Below, in pieces: positions 25,128 through 25,930 of a stretch of 25,930 nucleotides of DNA (positions are counted from its first letter, which is position 1; every line of letters begins with the position of its first letter). The position numbers and the translations under genes are program-made. The notes below the pieces were generated by a model. It searched no databases, was not told the origin of the DNA, and saw only the letters and a list, made by a program, of their open reading frames with translations. The stretch comes from a bacterium (GTDB lineage: Bacteria > SZUA-182 > DTGQ01 > JAFGSM01), in NCBI GenBank assembly GCA_049472315.1, contig JBLIRN010000040.1:1-25930 (forward strand). The letters run 5' to 3'.

Positions 25128-25930
25128 ATGCCTGCGCACCACCACCATCACGACGCTACCTGGGGAAGGTCCCGGATCACCGAGGTGAAGGAGTGCGCCC
25201 CCTCCATTCTCATGTTTACGATCCATGCGCCCCTCCTGGTGCAATCCGCCCGTCCGGGACAGTTCGTGGTCATACGCATCGATGAGCGGGGTGAGCGCAT
25301 CCCCCTTACCATCGCCGATATGGATCCGGTAGCCGGAACGCTGACCATTGTGTTTCAGGCGGTTGGCGCCTCCACCCAGCGTCTCTCCCTCCTCAAGGCG
25401 GGCGATTCCGTCGCCGACCTGGTTGGTCCCTTGGGTGTGCCCTCGGAGATCGATCGATTCGGCCACGTGGTGTGCATCGGCGGCGGGGTGGGGATTGCGC
25501 CGGTCTACCCGATCATGAAGGCCCTGAAGCAGGCGGGAAACAGCATAACCTGCATCGTGGGTGCACGCAACAAGGAGTTGCTCATCCTGCGGGAGGAGGT
25601 TGAGGCGATTGCCGATCGAACGCTCTATACCACCGACGACGGCACCTTCGGTGCAAAGGGATTTGTCACCGATGCCCTTCAGGGGGTGATTGCCCAGGGT
25701 ACGGCAATCGACAGGGTGGTCGCCATAGGCCCGGTCATCATGATGCGGGCGGTGGCACGGGCCACCCGTAAGCACGATATCCCCACCATCGTGAGCCTCA
25801 ACTCCATCATGGTGGACGCCACCGGCATGTGCGGGGCCTGCAGAATTTCAGTGGGGGAAAAGACCCGGTTCGTGTGTGTGGACGGCCCGGAGTTTGACGC
25901 CCATCAGGTGGATTTCGACGAACTCTTGAG
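25128..25930 (+). CDS. nfnA: Nfn small subunit (FAD/NAD-binding, [2Fe-2S]; NfnA/SudB-like), runs off window edge
   Basis: Absent from the ORF track because there is no stop. Manual translation: MPAHHHHHDATWG...ARPGQFVVIRIDERGERIPLTIAD...VGPLG...IGGGVGIAP...GARNKE...TDDG...AIGPVIMM...SLNSIMVDATGMCGACR...FVCVDGPEFDAHQVDFDEL. Confidence 0.93.
   Translation, partial: MPAHHHHHDATWGRSRITEVKECAPSILMFTIHAPLLVQSARPGQFVVIRIDERGERIPLTIADMDPVAGTLTIVFQAVGASTQRLSLLKAGDSVADLVGPLGVPSEIDRFGHVVCIGGGVGIAPVYPIMKALKQAGNSITCIVGARNKELLILREEVEAIADRTLYTTDDGTFGAKGFVTDALQGVIAQGTAIDRVVAIGPVIMMRAVARATRKHDIPTIVSLNSIMVDATGMCGACRISVGEKTRFVCVDGPEFDAHQVDFDELL

Noticed and set aside
25119..25775. 218-aa minus-strand ORF
   Set aside because: Antisense to the clearly recognisable nfnA frame.

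Overview
GC-rich bacterial chromosome segment, probably from an anaerobic diderm of the Desulfobacterota/'Deltaproteobacteria' type (inferred from gene content). The left part, on the minus strand, holds a TRAP transporter (dctP-Q-M, dctM cut by the window edge) preceded by an orphan AbrB/MazE-type gene, and a cobalamin-riboswitch-controlled B12 uptake operon (btuB-F-D-C-like) with an attenuator. The middle holds tmk-clpB, a DUF4404-like gene, a nested 7-mer/52-mer intergenic repeat array, a Cys-rich DUF5714-like gene, a mannose-1-P guanylyltransferase and an ABM/Fe-ADH/HD operon. The right part, on the plus strand, is the most interesting and looks like a redox-signalling island. It has a 935-aa cNMP-binding / degenerate sigma54-AAA / membrane 4Fe-4S fusion behind a structured leader, an [FeFe]-hydrogenase-derived histidine kinase with an altered H-cluster motif, a hybrid kinase, two paralogous receiver proteins (one with an unrecognised Cys/His-rich N-domain) and the start of a His5-tailed NfnA. 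No rRNA, tRNA, CRISPR array, integrase or transposase was seen. All family calls come from motif recognition by eye; no searches were run.
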